Source: Actinomycetes bacterium
GTDB lineage: Bacteria > Actinomycetota > Acidimicrobiia > Spongiisociales > UBA5794
Direction: 5' to 3'
DNA length: 64,000 bases
Assembly: GCA_023336815.1 (NCBI GenBank)
Contig: JAMBLJ010000013.1
Span: forward strand, 7,055 to 71,054
Positions 8,873 through 18,400 of the stretch are shown in pieces. The notes under the pieces were generated by a model. That model saw only the letters and a program-made list of their open reading frames with translations. It ran no database searches and was not told the origin of the DNA. A program made the position numbers and the translations under genes. The stretch's first letter is position 1. Every line of letters starts with the position of its first letter.

Positions 8873-9464
8873 AGAGGATCCATGGGACCAGCCTTCGGTC
8901 CAGTGCGTCCGTCAGGAGGGGGTAGGGGTTCTCTTTCGTGTCCTCGTGTTTGATCTCGAAATGCACGTTCGGCGTCGTATTTTCTGCGTTCCCCGAGTCG
9001 CCAACGTACCCGATCACATCACCAGCTGACACTTCCTGGCCCTCTACGAGTGTGGGAAAGAACGCTGTCCATGGTCCCCCTTCGCCGTCGTCGGTACCCA
9101 CGGTGTCGTTGTTCAGATGGAGATACGAAGAGATCCAACCATCCTTGTGTTCGACGACCAGGTAGTAGCCGGAGAGCCGGTGGAGGCCCATTTTCACAAT
9201 GGTGCCATCGGCCACTGCAACCACAGGCGTTCCTCGCTCGCTCACGATATCGGTGCCGCTGTGGCGTCTGCCGCCAGAGCGAGATGCTCCCCAGGTATCG
9301 GAGAACCTCACATTCGATGAATCGACGGGAAACGTTGCGAGGGCGAACCTCGCTTCCTCGTTCTCGGCGAGTGCTGGCTGGGGAAAGACGAGCGACTGAG
9401 CGCCCGCGGTAGCGATGAGTGCGGCTGCGATGAGCGCGCTGAAGCGCATGGTGTTGGTGCGCAT
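8856..9464 (-). CDS. Secreted M23 family metallopeptidase (LytM-like)
   Basis: Signal peptide MRTNTMRFSALIAAALIATAGA. HxGxD and HLH/HFE M23 motifs. Start at 9464 is preceded by GAGGAGG. Confidence 0.8.
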   Translation of the reverse strand: MRTNTMRFSALIAAALIATAGAQSLVFPQPALAENEEARFALATFPVDSSNVRFSDTWGASRSGGRRHSGTDIVSERGTPVVAVADGTIVKMGLHRLSGYYLVVEHKDGWISSYLHLNNDTVGTDDGEGGPWTAFFPTLVEGQEVSAGDVIGYVGDSGNAENTTPNVHFEIKHEDTKENPYPLLTDALDRRLVPWILFTGPR

Positions 9465-9641
9465 GGATCTTGACCTCCTCGGGCAACGGGTCCTACCGGG
9501 CTGCCTCGATCGTGATGTCGATGGGAACGGTAGGTGAGGTACTCGTTTACCTTCACTGAGATACACACACGGCCATGGTGGAAACCGGTCGATTGCTTGC
9601 AGGGCAGGGGTATCCTGACCCCGAACTCACGAAGGACTGTT

Positions 9642-10835
9642 GTGCCCCCCACACTCACTGGTTCCAACGACGCCGCCTGGATGGCGAAGAAGCGGACCGC
9701 TGCTCTGGAACTGTTGCCGACCCTTGCGATGCCATCGGAGCGCGAGGAGAACTGGCGCTATCTTGACCTCTCGTTCGATCCAGATCTTGACTCTGCGCCA
9801 TCCACACCGGGTGTTGCCTCGAGCGATGCGATCGTTGCTGGTTGGCATGGCACCGTCGTCACAATCGTTGACGGGTTCATCGTCACCGACGGCGTGCAAT
9901 CGATCGGTGAACGTAACGAGGAAACGGTCTCCGTCGATGGAGACGACCTCTTCTCCACCGCCTTCGTCGCGTACGCTCCTGGCACAGCGTATCTCGGCAA
10001 GGAGCTCCTGACGCAGCCCGTCTTTGTTGACATACAATCCACCTCGACGGCAACCACATTTCCAGGGGTACACGTAGATGTTGCGCCAGGAAGTGATGCA
10101 ACAGTTGTCGTGCGAATGTCCTCCAACTCGGATCAGCCAGCCGTGACGGTGCCAAGGGTGACAGCGAACGTCGGTGACAACGCACGACTCACGCTGAGCA
10201 TCATCCAGGACTGGAACTATGCAACACGTGCGATCGGTCGATGTACGATCCGTCTCGGTCGCGACTCTGGTCTTGCTTTTAGCGAGATCGGACTCGGCGG
10301 CAAGGTTGGGCGGCTTCATCTTGATGTTGACTACATCGGTGATGGTTCGCACGCCAAGATATACGGTGCGTATTTTGGTGAAGGAAACCAGACGCTGGAC
10401 TACCGGTACTTCATGAACCATATCGGCACGAATACTCGCGCCGATATGTTCCTCAAGGGAGCCGTTGCTGACACGGCGCTCTCAGTATTCACCGGCATGA
10501 TCCGCATCGAAGAAACTGGCCAACGGACGGAGTCCTTCGAGACCAACCGGAACTTGATCCTGTCTGAGGGCGCAGCTGCCCAATCGGTTCCCAATCTCGA
10601 GATTCTCAACAACGACGTCAAGTGCGGTCACGGCTCAAGCATCGGACCTCTTGACGAGGATCAGCGCTACTACTTGATGTCCCGAGGACTGACGCCCGAG
10701 CACGCCGATCGCCTGCAGGTTCACGGATTTTTCGAAGAGGTCGTTGAACAGATCCCAGATGAACACGTCGCGGCATGGGCTCGTGAGCGGATCAACAACA
10801 AGTACATCGTTGCTCAGCAAGAGGGCAGAGTATGA
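9642..10835 (+). CDS. sufD: Fe-S cluster assembly protein SufD (SufB/SufD family, SufD by length of about 398 aa)
   Basis: C-terminal VKCGHGSSIGPLDEDQRYYLMSRG motif. GTG start at 9642 is preceded by GAAGGA. Followed by Rieske and sufC genes, as in actinomycete suf operons. Confidence 0.75.
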   Translation: MPPTLTGSNDAAWMAKKRTAALELLPTLAMPSEREENWRYLDLSFDPDLDSAPSTPGVASSDAIVAGWHGTVVTIVDGFIVTDGVQSIGERNEETVSVDGDDLFSTAFVAYAPGTAYLGKELLTQPVFVDIQSTSTATTFPGVHVDVAPGSDATVVVRMSSNSDQPAVTVPRVTANVGDNARLTLSIIQDWNYATRAIGRCTIRLGRDSGLAFSEIGLGGKVGRLHLDVDYIGDGSHAKIYGAYFGEGNQTLDYRYFMNHIGTNTRADMFLKGAVADTALSVFTGMIRIEETGQRTESFETNRNLILSEGAAAQSVPNLEILNNDVKCGHGSSIGPLDEDQRYYLMSRGLTPEHADRLQVHGFFEEVVEQIPDEHVAAWARERINNKYIVAQQEGRV

Positions 10836-11158
10836 GCGATATCAACGTTGGTCCGGTTGAGGGATTCTCTTCCGACGCTGGCACGGTCGTCGACGTCGGA
10901 GGGACAGCGGTTGCGGTGTTCTGCATCGATAACGCCGTGTACGCGATTGCAGATCGATGTTCTCACGCCGAAGCGTCGCTCAGCGAAGGCGATGTCTTCG
11001 ATGGAGAGATCGAATGTCCAAGGCACGGTGCATCGTTCGATATCCAGAGCGGTGCGGCGCTGACATTGCCAGCCACCCAACCCGTACGGACGTATACAAC
11101 TCATGTCCGGAACGGCGATCTGTACATCACCAGCAACTCCAGCGAGGATGATCGATGA
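10832..11158 (+). CDS. Rieske (2Fe-2S) domain protein (ferredoxin subunit type)
   Basis: CSH ... CPRHG Rieske motifs. ATGA overlaps with both the sufD stop and the sufC start. Confidence 0.85.
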   Translation: MSDINVGPVEGFSSDAGTVVDVGGTAVAVFCIDNAVYAIADRCSHAEASLSEGDVFDGEIECPRHGASFDIQSGAALTLPATQPVRTYTTHVRNGDLYITSNSSEDDR

Positions 11159-11886
11159 GCTACGCACTTGAAGTACGCAACTTGCGAGCTCGGATCGGTG
11201 ATCTCGAGATCCTCACCGGTGTGGATCTTACGGTTCCATTCGGTGAGGTCCACGCTGTCATGGGTCCCAACGGGTCCGGCAAGTCAACCTTGAGCCACGT
11301 ACTGATGGGCAAGAGCGACTACAACGTCGAGGGCGACGCCTTCATCGACGGTGTCGACCTGTCAGGGATGACCGTGGATCAAAGGGCGCGAGCAGGTCTC
11401 TTCGAGGCGTTCCAGTACCCGATCGAGGTTCCTGGCGTCTCCCTCGATCTCCTTACGACGGCCATGGCAGAGAGCAACCCGGAGGATCCAGGATTCGGTG
11501 GTCGGATCGCGGCGACGTCGGAGCGTCTCTCGATGGAGCCGTTCAGATCACGGGCCCTCAACGTCGGTCTTTCTGGCGGCGAGAAGAAGCGATCTGAGAT
11601 GTATCTTCTTGGTGTGGCCAACCCAAAGGTCGCGATCCTTGACGAGATCGACTCTGGTCTCGACATCGATGCGGTACGAGAGGTCGCTGCGATGGTCGAA
11701 GCGTTGCGAAGCGAGGACCTCGGTGTTGTCATCATCACCCACTACAGCAGGATCCTGAGGTACATGTCGGTCGACAAGGTTCATGTCATGGTCGCGGGAA
11801 AGATCGTCAGATCCGGTGGTCCGGAGATCGCCGAAGAACTCGAAGGTTCGGGCTACACGGAATATCAGGTCGCAGCCGCTGGTTGA
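11155..11886 (+). CDS. sufC: Fe-S cluster assembly ATPase SufC (divergent paralog)
   Basis: GPNGSGKST Walker A and LSGGEKKR signature. SufC-length protein. Confidence 0.8.
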   Translation: MSYALEVRNLRARIGDLEILTGVDLTVPFGEVHAVMGPNGSGKSTLSHVLMGKSDYNVEGDAFIDGVDLSGMTVDQRARAGLFEAFQYPIEVPGVSLDLLTTAMAESNPEDPGFGGRIAATSERLSMEPFRSRALNVGLSGGEKKRSEMYLLGVANPKVAILDEIDSGLDIDAVREVAAMVEALRSEDLGVVIITHYSRILRYMSVDKVHVMVAGKIVRSGGPEIAEELEGSGYTEYQVAAAG

Positions 11887-11889
11887 ACG

Positions 11890-12579
11890 GTGGGCATGGA
11901 AACTGACGCGGTGCCACCCCCCGAACTCGTATACGTTGCGGATCCTATGTGCTCATGGTGCTGGGGGTTCGCACCGGTAATCGAGAAGCTCGACGATTCG
12001 TTCGACATCGAGGTGCGGACGATCATCGGCGGTCTCAGACCTGGTGAGAGGGCCGAACCGATCGAGCGAATTCGTTCACTTCTTGAACATCATTGGCAGC
12101 AGGTGGCATCGGCCTCCGGTCAACCGTTCGATCTGCGTGGCATCGAACGTTCGGATTGGATGTATGACACGCTGGTTCCCGACACAGCGGTTGTCACGAT
12201 GCGGTCCGTGTCACCGAATGACACCCTCCGATTCCTCGGAACCGTGCAGCGCGCGTTCTACGCAGAGGGAGTCGATGTGACCGATCCTGTCGTCTACCGC
12301 GATCTCGTGGCTGACTATCCGGTTGATCCTGATGCGTTCGTTGCGGCCATAGCTTCGCCGGAGATGGTCGCAGCAACGGAGCAGGACTTTGTGGAAGCTC
12401 AGTGGCTCGGAGTGACCGGTTTCCCAACACTTCTGTTGCGGGATGGAGCTACAACGGTGCCCTTGAGTCTCGGATACGCCCCGTTCGAACGTGTTGCCGA
12501 GAGGCTCAACGGCCTCATCACAAAGAACTACCCAGAGTTCGCTGCCGGACTTGTATGTGACCTCGATGGGTCCTGCTGA
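11890..12579 (+). CDS. DsbA-family thioredoxin-fold oxidoreductase (FrnE/HCCA-isomerase-like, CSWC active site)
   Basis: DPMCSWCWGF motif. Starts 4 nt after the sufC stop. Confidence 0.6.
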   Translation: MGMETDAVPPPELVYVADPMCSWCWGFAPVIEKLDDSFDIEVRTIIGGLRPGERAEPIERIRSLLEHHWQQVASASGQPFDLRGIERSDWMYDTLVPDTAVVTMRSVSPNDTLRFLGTVQRAFYAEGVDVTDPVVYRDLVADYPVDPDAFVAAIASPEMVAATEQDFVEAQWLGVTGFPTLLLRDGATTVPLSLGYAPFERVAERLNGLITKNYPEFAAGLVCDLDGSC

Positions 12580-12806
12580 CGTACGTCGCTGACCCATTCG
12601 CATCAAGACAGCATTCGAGAAGCCTTCCAAGCTCGGCCGCGGTGACACCCGGCAACGGGTCGCGCCTCCTCAGCAGGATCGGGGCATCTCGGTGGGCGGA
12701 GCGCGATCCCCACACAGTTCTCGCTCGATTGTGCTGACTATTGCATGCCGTGACAACGTGCAGCAGCACCCGATACTTTCCGACGATCGCCTGCAACAAT
12801 GGCGAT

Positions 12807-13568
12807 GTGAACGATCAGACACACGAACTCGCTGTGCTCATCTTCGAGGCGAAGGCGATACTCCTCGTCACGGGAGCTGGCATCTCGACGGAGACCGGGA
12901 TACCCGACTTTCGGGGACCCCAGGGAGTGTGGAAGACCGAGAGACCGGTTCAATATCAAGATTTCGTGGCCTCGGAGACGGCGCGGATTGAGTACTGGGA
13001 TCAGAAGATCAGATCCGCCGTTTCGATCGAGGCTGCGCAACCAGGCAAGGTACATCGCGCATGCGTAGAACTCGACAAGGCAGGCAAGGTGGAGGCGATC
13101 GTCACTCAGAATATCGATGGTCTCCATTCGATAGCCGGGTCGCCTCCCGACAAAGTTATCGAGGTCCACGGGACCGCCCGCGAGGCCGGCTGTTTGGACT
13201 GTTCAGAGCGAGTTCCCGCTTCGTCGACTTTCGCTGAGTTCGCCGCAACGCGGATCCCTCCTCGGTGTCGTTGCGGCGGCCTACTCAAGCCAGCAACGAT
13301 CAGCTTTGGTCAGGCACTGGATCCGATGACGATGTGCAGCGCACAGAAGGCGGCGGAGTCGTGCGACCTGGTGATCGCGATGGGTACCACGCTATCGGTG
13401 TATCCCGCTGCAGAGATCCCACTCCATGCGGCTCGCCAGGGCGCGCCGTATGTGATCATCAACCGGGGGACAACCGATCATGATGGCTCGCCCCACGTCA
13501 CCCTCCGTATCGACGCCGACGTCGGCGAGACGTTCGCCAGTGCCGTCACCGCAGCCCTCAACAGCTGA
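12807..13568 (+). CDS. cobB: NAD-dependent protein deacylase (Sir2/CobB sirtuin)
   Basis: GAGISTETGIPDFRG, QNIDGLH, Zn-binding CLDC ... CRCGG. The ORF extends upstream to 12741; GTG at 12807 gives a typical length of about 253 aa. Confidence 0.8.
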   Translation: MNDQTHELAVLIFEAKAILLVTGAGISTETGIPDFRGPQGVWKTERPVQYQDFVASETARIEYWDQKIRSAVSIEAAQPGKVHRACVELDKAGKVEAIVTQNIDGLHSIAGSPPDKVIEVHGTAREAGCLDCSERVPASSTFAEFAATRIPPRCRCGGLLKPATISFGQALDPMTMCSAQKAAESCDLVIAMGTTLSVYPAAEIPLHAARQGAPYVIINRGTTDHDGSPHVTLRIDADVGETFASAVTAALNS

Positions 13569-13589
13569 AAACGCGTACCCAGGGTTCCA

Positions 13590-13607
13590 TTGTGCATATA
13601 TGCACAA
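13590..13607. promoter_or_regulatory. 18-bp perfect AT-rich palindrome TTGTGCATATATGCACAA (TGTGC-N6-GCACA core, CRP/FNR-like architecture) upstream of fumC
   Basis: Read in the sequence. Lies in the 131-bp cobB-fumC intergenic region. Confidence 0.35.
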
Positions 13608-13699
13608 CCTAGCCCACAGAATGGGTTGAGGGACGAATACCTGAGCCACAGGCTCACTATTCTTTGGACATGTGATCAATCGATCTGAGGAGACAGCAC

Positions 13700-15088
13700 A
13701 TGCGTATGGAACGTGATTCCATGGGTGAGGTTCCCGTACCTGACGGGGCGTACTACGGAGCATCGACGCAAAGAGCGGTCGACAACTTCCCGATATCGAA
13801 CCTGCGATTCGGTCGCACCTTCATCTGGGCGCTCGGGTTGCTCAAGGCATCCGCAGCTGTGGTCAACAAGGAGATGGGCTCCATCGACGTCGAGAAGGCC
13901 GATGCGATCATCTCGGCTTCTGAGGAAGTCATGGATGGCAGCCTCGACGACCACTTCGTGCTCGACATATTCCAGACCGGTTCCGGGACATCAACCAATA
14001 TGAACGCGAACGAGGTCATAGCCAACAGAGCGTCGGAGATTCTTGGTTCGGAGCTCGGATCGAAGTTGGTTCATCCGAACGACCATGTGAATGCAGGTCA
14101 GTCGTCGAATGACACGATTCCCACGGCTATCCACGTCGCTGCTGTGGCTGGCATCGAACAGAACTTGCTACCCGCGCTCGACGCACTTTCGGCCTCGCTT
14201 GAGGCCAAGGCTGTCGAATTCGATGACATCCTCAAGTCCGGTCGCACCCATCTCATGGATGCGACTCCGATTCGGCTAGGCCAGGAGTTCGGGGGGTACG
14301 CGGTTCAGGTCCAATACGGGGCACAGCGTGTGAGGAAGATCCTTCCTGAGCTACTCGAGCTGGCCCTAGGAGGTACGGCTGTGGGCACCGGAATTAACGC
14401 ACCGGAGGGATTCCCTGCCGATACCATCGCCGAGATGGCTCGCCGTTCTGGCTACGACTTCGTGGAGGCTCCTAACCACTTCGAGGCCCAGGCCGCCAAG
14501 GACGCAGCGGTGAATGCTTCGGGTTCTCTCAAGACCGTTGCTGTGTCTCTGTTCAAGATAGCCAACGATCTTCGTTGGCTATCGAGCGGTCCTCGTACCG
14601 GTATCGCTGAGATCATCTTGCCGTCTCTCCAACCGGGAAGCTCGATCATGCCAGGCAAGGTCAATCCGGTCATCTCCGAGATGATGATGCAGGTCGCAAG
14701 TCAGGTCATTGGAAACGACACCGCCATCACCTGGGGTGGAGCCAATGGGAACTTCGAGCTGAATGTCATGATGCCGTTGATAGCCCACAACCTTCTTGAG
14801 TCGATCGATCTGCTGACAAGTGCCGCCAACGTGATGCGGGAGAAGATGATCGATGGCATCGAGGCAGACGCAGAGCGGGCCAAGTGGTTGCTCGAGCAGA
14901 ACGTGATCATCATCACCGCACTTGTACCTGTCATCGGCTATGACAAATCGGCAGAGGTTGCAAAGAAGGCATTCAAGGAGGGACGTGGCGTGCGCGAGGT
15001 CGCACTCGAGCTCGACGTGCTCCCTGAGGACGAACTCAATGCGGCACTTGATCTGCGCCCGATGACCGAAGGTGGAGTAGTGGGTTAG
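13700..15088 (+). CDS. fumC: Class II fumarate hydratase
   Basis: Close match along the full length to the E. coli FumC sequence as recalled, including the GSSIMPGKVNP signature and KIANDLRWLSSGPR. Confidence 0.9.
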   Translation: MRMERDSMGEVPVPDGAYYGASTQRAVDNFPISNLRFGRTFIWALGLLKASAAVVNKEMGSIDVEKADAIISASEEVMDGSLDDHFVLDIFQTGSGTSTNMNANEVIANRASEILGSELGSKLVHPNDHVNAGQSSNDTIPTAIHVAAVAGIEQNLLPALDALSASLEAKAVEFDDILKSGRTHLMDATPIRLGQEFGGYAVQVQYGAQRVRKILPELLELALGGTAVGTGINAPEGFPADTIAEMARRSGYDFVEAPNHFEAQAAKDAAVNASGSLKTVAVSLFKIANDLRWLSSGPRTGIAEIILPSLQPGSSIMPGKVNPVISEMMMQVASQVIGNDTAITWGGANGNFELNVMMPLIAHNLLESIDLLTSAANVMREKMIDGIEADAERAKWLLEQNVIIITALVPVIGYDKSAEVAKKAFKEGRGVREVALELDVLPEDELNAALDLRPMTEGGVVG

Positions 15089-15094
15089 GTCTAG

Positions 15095-15120
15095 CAGACA
15101 ACAGACAACAGACAACAGAC
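15095..15120. repeat. Heptamer tandem repeat (CAGACAA)x3.5 in the fumC-pncB intergenic region
   Basis: cagacaacagacaacagacaacagac read directly. Confidence 0.5.
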
Positions 15121-15174
15121 GGTGGATGGCTGACGGTGAGGAGCCATGGGCCGTCAGGTGGGTATCGTTGGAGG

Positions 15175-16719
15175 ATGCAGCGCGATCGACGTGACCTGAC
15201 CGAAGGTTTCCTCTTCACAGACCAGTACCAGCTGACAATGGCGCAGCTCTATTGGAAGCGCGGACTTGCAGAACGTCGCGCACAGTTCGACTACTTCTTT
15301 CGGCGATATCCCGACTACGGAGAACACAAAGCTGGATATGTCATAACGGCCGGTCTGGGATGGTTGCTCGACTGGATCGAGTCGACCTCGGTGCGGTCGG
15401 AAGACCTGGAGGTCCTGCGTGAGCAGCGAGACGTGACTGGCAAGCGTCGCTTCGACGACGGCTTTCTTGCCTGGCTTCAAGGGGAGGATGGTTTCGGAAG
15501 CGTCACGGTGAAGGCTATCCCCGAGGGGAGGGTCGTCCACGCACATGAGCCGATCGCGATCGTCGAGGGCCCGCTTGCTATCGCCCAGATCCTTGAGACA
15601 TCGCTGTTGAACCATCTGAACTATCAAACCCTCATCGCCACGAAGGCATCGCGAGTTGCCGAACAGGCCAGAGGAGGAATGGTTCTCGAGTTCGGGATGA
15701 GACGAGGCCCCGATACAGGGACGAATGCAGGCACCAGGGCCGCGCTGATCGGTGGCGCTCATGCGAGCTCCAACATTGGCATGTCGCGGTTGCTTGGCTC
15801 ATCACCTGCGGGTACACACGGTCATTCGATGGTTCAGCTCTTCATGGCTCTGGGTGAAGGAGAACGAGCCGCATTCAGGGCGTACGCGGAGATGTATCCC
15901 GACGAATGTGTTCTGCTCGTAGACACGATCGATACCATCGAAAGTGGTATTCCCAACGCTATTGCGGTGTTCGACGAGCTGCGGCACCGCGGTCACGATC
16001 CGGTTGGAATCCGCCTCGATTCTGGTGATCTCGCCCATCTGGCCGTGCGGTCCGCACGCATGCTCAACGACGCCGGATTCCAAGATGTCGCCATCGTCCT
16101 GTCATCGGATCTCGACGAGATGGCTATGTGGCAGATCAGAGCCCAGATCGAAGAGGAGGCTCCGCAGTACGACCTCGTAGCTGCAGATGTGACATCGAGG
16201 CTGATGTTCGGAGTCGGGACGAGGCTCATCGCATCTCACGGGTACCCGGCGCTCGGCGGTGTGTACAAACTCGTCGCTATCGACGATGACGGTCTTTGGA
16301 AACCAGCGATGAAGATCTCTGACACACCGGAAAAGATGCCGATCCCTGGTGATAAGCGTGTGTGGCGCGTGTACGACGAGCGGGGGCTGGCGACGGTCGA
16401 TGTTGTCGCGAGCGCCTCTCAGGTACTCCGGAGAGGTCAGTCGCTTCACGTGTTCCATCCCCACCGAATCGGTGTCGATCGTGTCGTGCACACAGCGCCG
16501 TCCGTGGAGGTCGAGGCCCTGCTCAACGAGGTGTATGCCGACGGCCTACGTCGGGATGGCTCGCCCGATCTCGAAGAATTGCGATCGCGTCGTCTCAGGG
16601 ATCTCGAGCGACTCGATGTTGGTGTGCGGAGGCTGATCAATCCTCATCGATACCACGTGTCGGTCACCGAATCGGTCAAGCGTTTGCAGCGGGACCTGAT
16701 AGCTCAGGCAAGGCCCTAA
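15175..16719 (+). CDS. pncB: Nicotinate phosphoribosyltransferase
   Basis: FTDQYQLTMAQ N-terminus, typical NAPRTase length. Internal ATG chosen at 15175. Confidence 0.85.
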   Translation: MQRDRRDLTEGFLFTDQYQLTMAQLYWKRGLAERRAQFDYFFRRYPDYGEHKAGYVITAGLGWLLDWIESTSVRSEDLEVLREQRDVTGKRRFDDGFLAWLQGEDGFGSVTVKAIPEGRVVHAHEPIAIVEGPLAIAQILETSLLNHLNYQTLIATKASRVAEQARGGMVLEFGMRRGPDTGTNAGTRAALIGGAHASSNIGMSRLLGSSPAGTHGHSMVQLFMALGEGERAAFRAYAEMYPDECVLLVDTIDTIESGIPNAIAVFDELRHRGHDPVGIRLDSGDLAHLAVRSARMLNDAGFQDVAIVLSSDLDEMAMWQIRAQIEEEAPQYDLVAADVTSRLMFGVGTRLIASHGYPALGGVYKLVAIDDDGLWKPAMKISDTPEKMPIPGDKRVWRVYDERGLATVDVVASASQVLRRGQSLHVFHPHRIGVDRVVHTAPSVEVEALLNEVYADGLRRDGSPDLEELRSRRLRDLERLDVGVRRLINPHRYHVSVTESVKRLQRDLIAQARP

Positions 16720-17153
16720 CCGGTCGTCGCTTCTGCCCGTTGCTTGAGAGCCTTGTTCATGGCTTCGAATCCAGCGGTTGTGCTCTTACGGATCGCGAGA
16801 AGCACGACCGGAACGAGGACGCCACTGAACTCCTCGTAATGAGTGAGCGTCGTCCCTGACGTTGTGGCAGCGAGATTGAATCGGTGGTGACCGTCGAACA
16901 GTCCCTTCACTCCCACGGAACCGACCCACGAAAAGTCGGTAGGTGCATCGGCCTTGACGACCGTGGGGGAGATCTCCATTGGCTTCTTTCCCTCCCTCGA
17001 GAGTTCGATGGTCAGTGGTGCCCCCGTCGACGGTGCGCCAGCAATCGATGTGACGAACGGATTCCACTCGGGGTAGGAGGCGAAATCCATGAGGATGTCC
17101 CAAACGATGTCCGGACTTGCATCGATGGAAGTGGAGGTGCGTATCTCTTGCAT
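16716..17153 (-). CDS. SRPBCC-family (START / polyketide cyclase-like) domain protein
   Basis: 145 aa. The SIDASPDIVWDILMDFASYPEWNP motif is typical of SRPBCC proteins. Confidence 0.6.
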   Translation of the reverse strand: MQEIRTSTSIDASPDIVWDILMDFASYPEWNPFVTSIAGAPSTGAPLTIELSREGKKPMEISPTVVKADAPTDFSWVGSVGVKGLFDGHHRFNLAATTSGTTLTHYEEFSGVLVPVVLLAIRKSTTAGFEAMNKALKQRAEATTG

Positions 17154-17241
17154 GGTGTGGTTCCTATGTTCTGTTGGTTCAGTTCGAGCCTACATCGATC
17201 TCAAACGCTAATGCAACTAAAAGTTGTGTTAAGGTACTGTC

Positions 17242-17826
17242 ATGACACACAAGATGCAACGCCCAGGGGGGCGTACGGAGAGAACGAGCCGTGCCGTGTT
17301 CGATGCAACGCTCCGGGTACTGCAGTCGAGTGGATACGACCGCCTGACGATCGATGCGATCGCGAATCGATCGGGTGTACACAAGACGACGATCTATCGA
17401 AGGTGGGGGTCGGTAGACGCCGTGCTCTTCGCTGTCATTGCCGATCGTGCTGAAGAAGCCATACCGCTCGTGGTGACGGGAGATCCGTACGCGGATCTTG
17501 CGCGGATGGCGAGGTCCATCGTGGTGAACATCGAGGATCCCGTCGGGCGGGCCGTCGCTGCTGCTGCGCTTGGGCGCCCGAACGAGGAGACATTCGTCTC
17601 ACTCGTGCAGCGATTCTGGCAGAGCCGCCTTTCACGGGCTGCGACGATCGTATCGACCGCCCAGGAATCGGGGATCGTGGCAGCGGGTGTCGATCCCGAT
17701 GCAGCGGTGCGGGCGATCGCGTCCATGCTGTGGTTTCAAGTCATGGTCTTGAGGGAGCCCGTCAGCGACGAGGAGATCGAAGCTGTCGTGAAAAGGGCGC
17801 TATCACCCGGTGACTTCAGTGGATAG
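17242..17826 (+). CDS. TetR family transcriptional regulator
   Basis: N-terminal HTH: TIDAIANRSGVHKTTIYRRWGS. Confidence 0.8.
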   Translation: MTHKMQRPGGRTERTSRAVFDATLRVLQSSGYDRLTIDAIANRSGVHKTTIYRRWGSVDAVLFAVIADRAEEAIPLVVTGDPYADLARMARSIVVNIEDPVGRAVAAAALGRPNEETFVSLVQRFWQSRLSRAATIVSTAQESGIVAAGVDPDAAVRAIASMLWFQVMVLREPVSDEEIEAVVKRALSPGDFSG

Positions 17827-18400
17827 CTACGCCCGCCGCGATCATTGAGGCGCACGCTCGAGCCCCATCGCCTGGATCGATGTCGACGGCAGCGATGCCA
17901 TCTGCAAGGAGCACCGCGCTGAAGCCGTATCGGGTTGCGTCTATTGCTGTCTCCTTGACGCAGTAGTCGGTTGCAAGACCCAGGACATAGACATCCGTGA
18001 CACCACGTTCTGATAGGGTTCGACCGAGCCCGGTAGGCGCTTCCGCAGCCGAAACAGCATCCCTCACGGTGAACGCTGAGTAGCCATCTTCTCCCGAAGT
18101 CCCCTTCCGAACTACGGTCGTAGGTGCAATGAGATCTTCGTGGAAGTCTGCGCCCCACGTATCGGCTACGCAATGTACAGGCCAGATTCCCCCGTCCTTT
18201 GCGAAGTGGGGTGTCGAGGCTGGATGCCAGTCCTGGGAAGCGACGACAAGAGCACCAGCCGAGGTGGCGTGATCGATCTGCGAGTTGATGTACGGCAGGA
18301 TCCTTGGTGCGGCCGTCACGAAGAGGGACCCATCCGGGTGAGCGAAATCGTTTTGCACATCAACGACGATGAGAGCTGTTGTGGGCGAATAGCCCGTCAC
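17816..18400 (-). CDS. pncA: Nicotinamidase / pyrazinamidase (isochorismatase family)
   Basis: ALIVVDVQNDF, WPVHCV and GLATDYCV are close to Mtb PncA as recalled. The start overlaps the sufU stop (ATGA). Confidence 0.85.
   Translation of the reverse strand: MTGYSPTTALIVVDVQNDFAHPDGSLFVTAAPRILPYINSQIDHATSAGALVVASQDWHPASTPHFAKDGGIWPVHCVADTWGADFHEDLIAPTTVVRKGTSGEDGYSAFTVRDAVSAAEAPTGLGRTLSERGVTDVYVLGLATDYCVKETAIDATRYGFSAVLLADGIAAVDIDPGDGARACASMIAAGVAIH

Noticed and set aside
9534-9641. N-terminal 36-codon extension of the sufD ORF, which would overlap the M23 peptidase promoter region
   Set aside because: The extension has no homology. GTG at 9642 carries an RBS and gives a standard SufD length.
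9627-10421. 264-aa antisense ORF within sufD
   Set aside because: Antisense to a strongly supported gene, with no homology.
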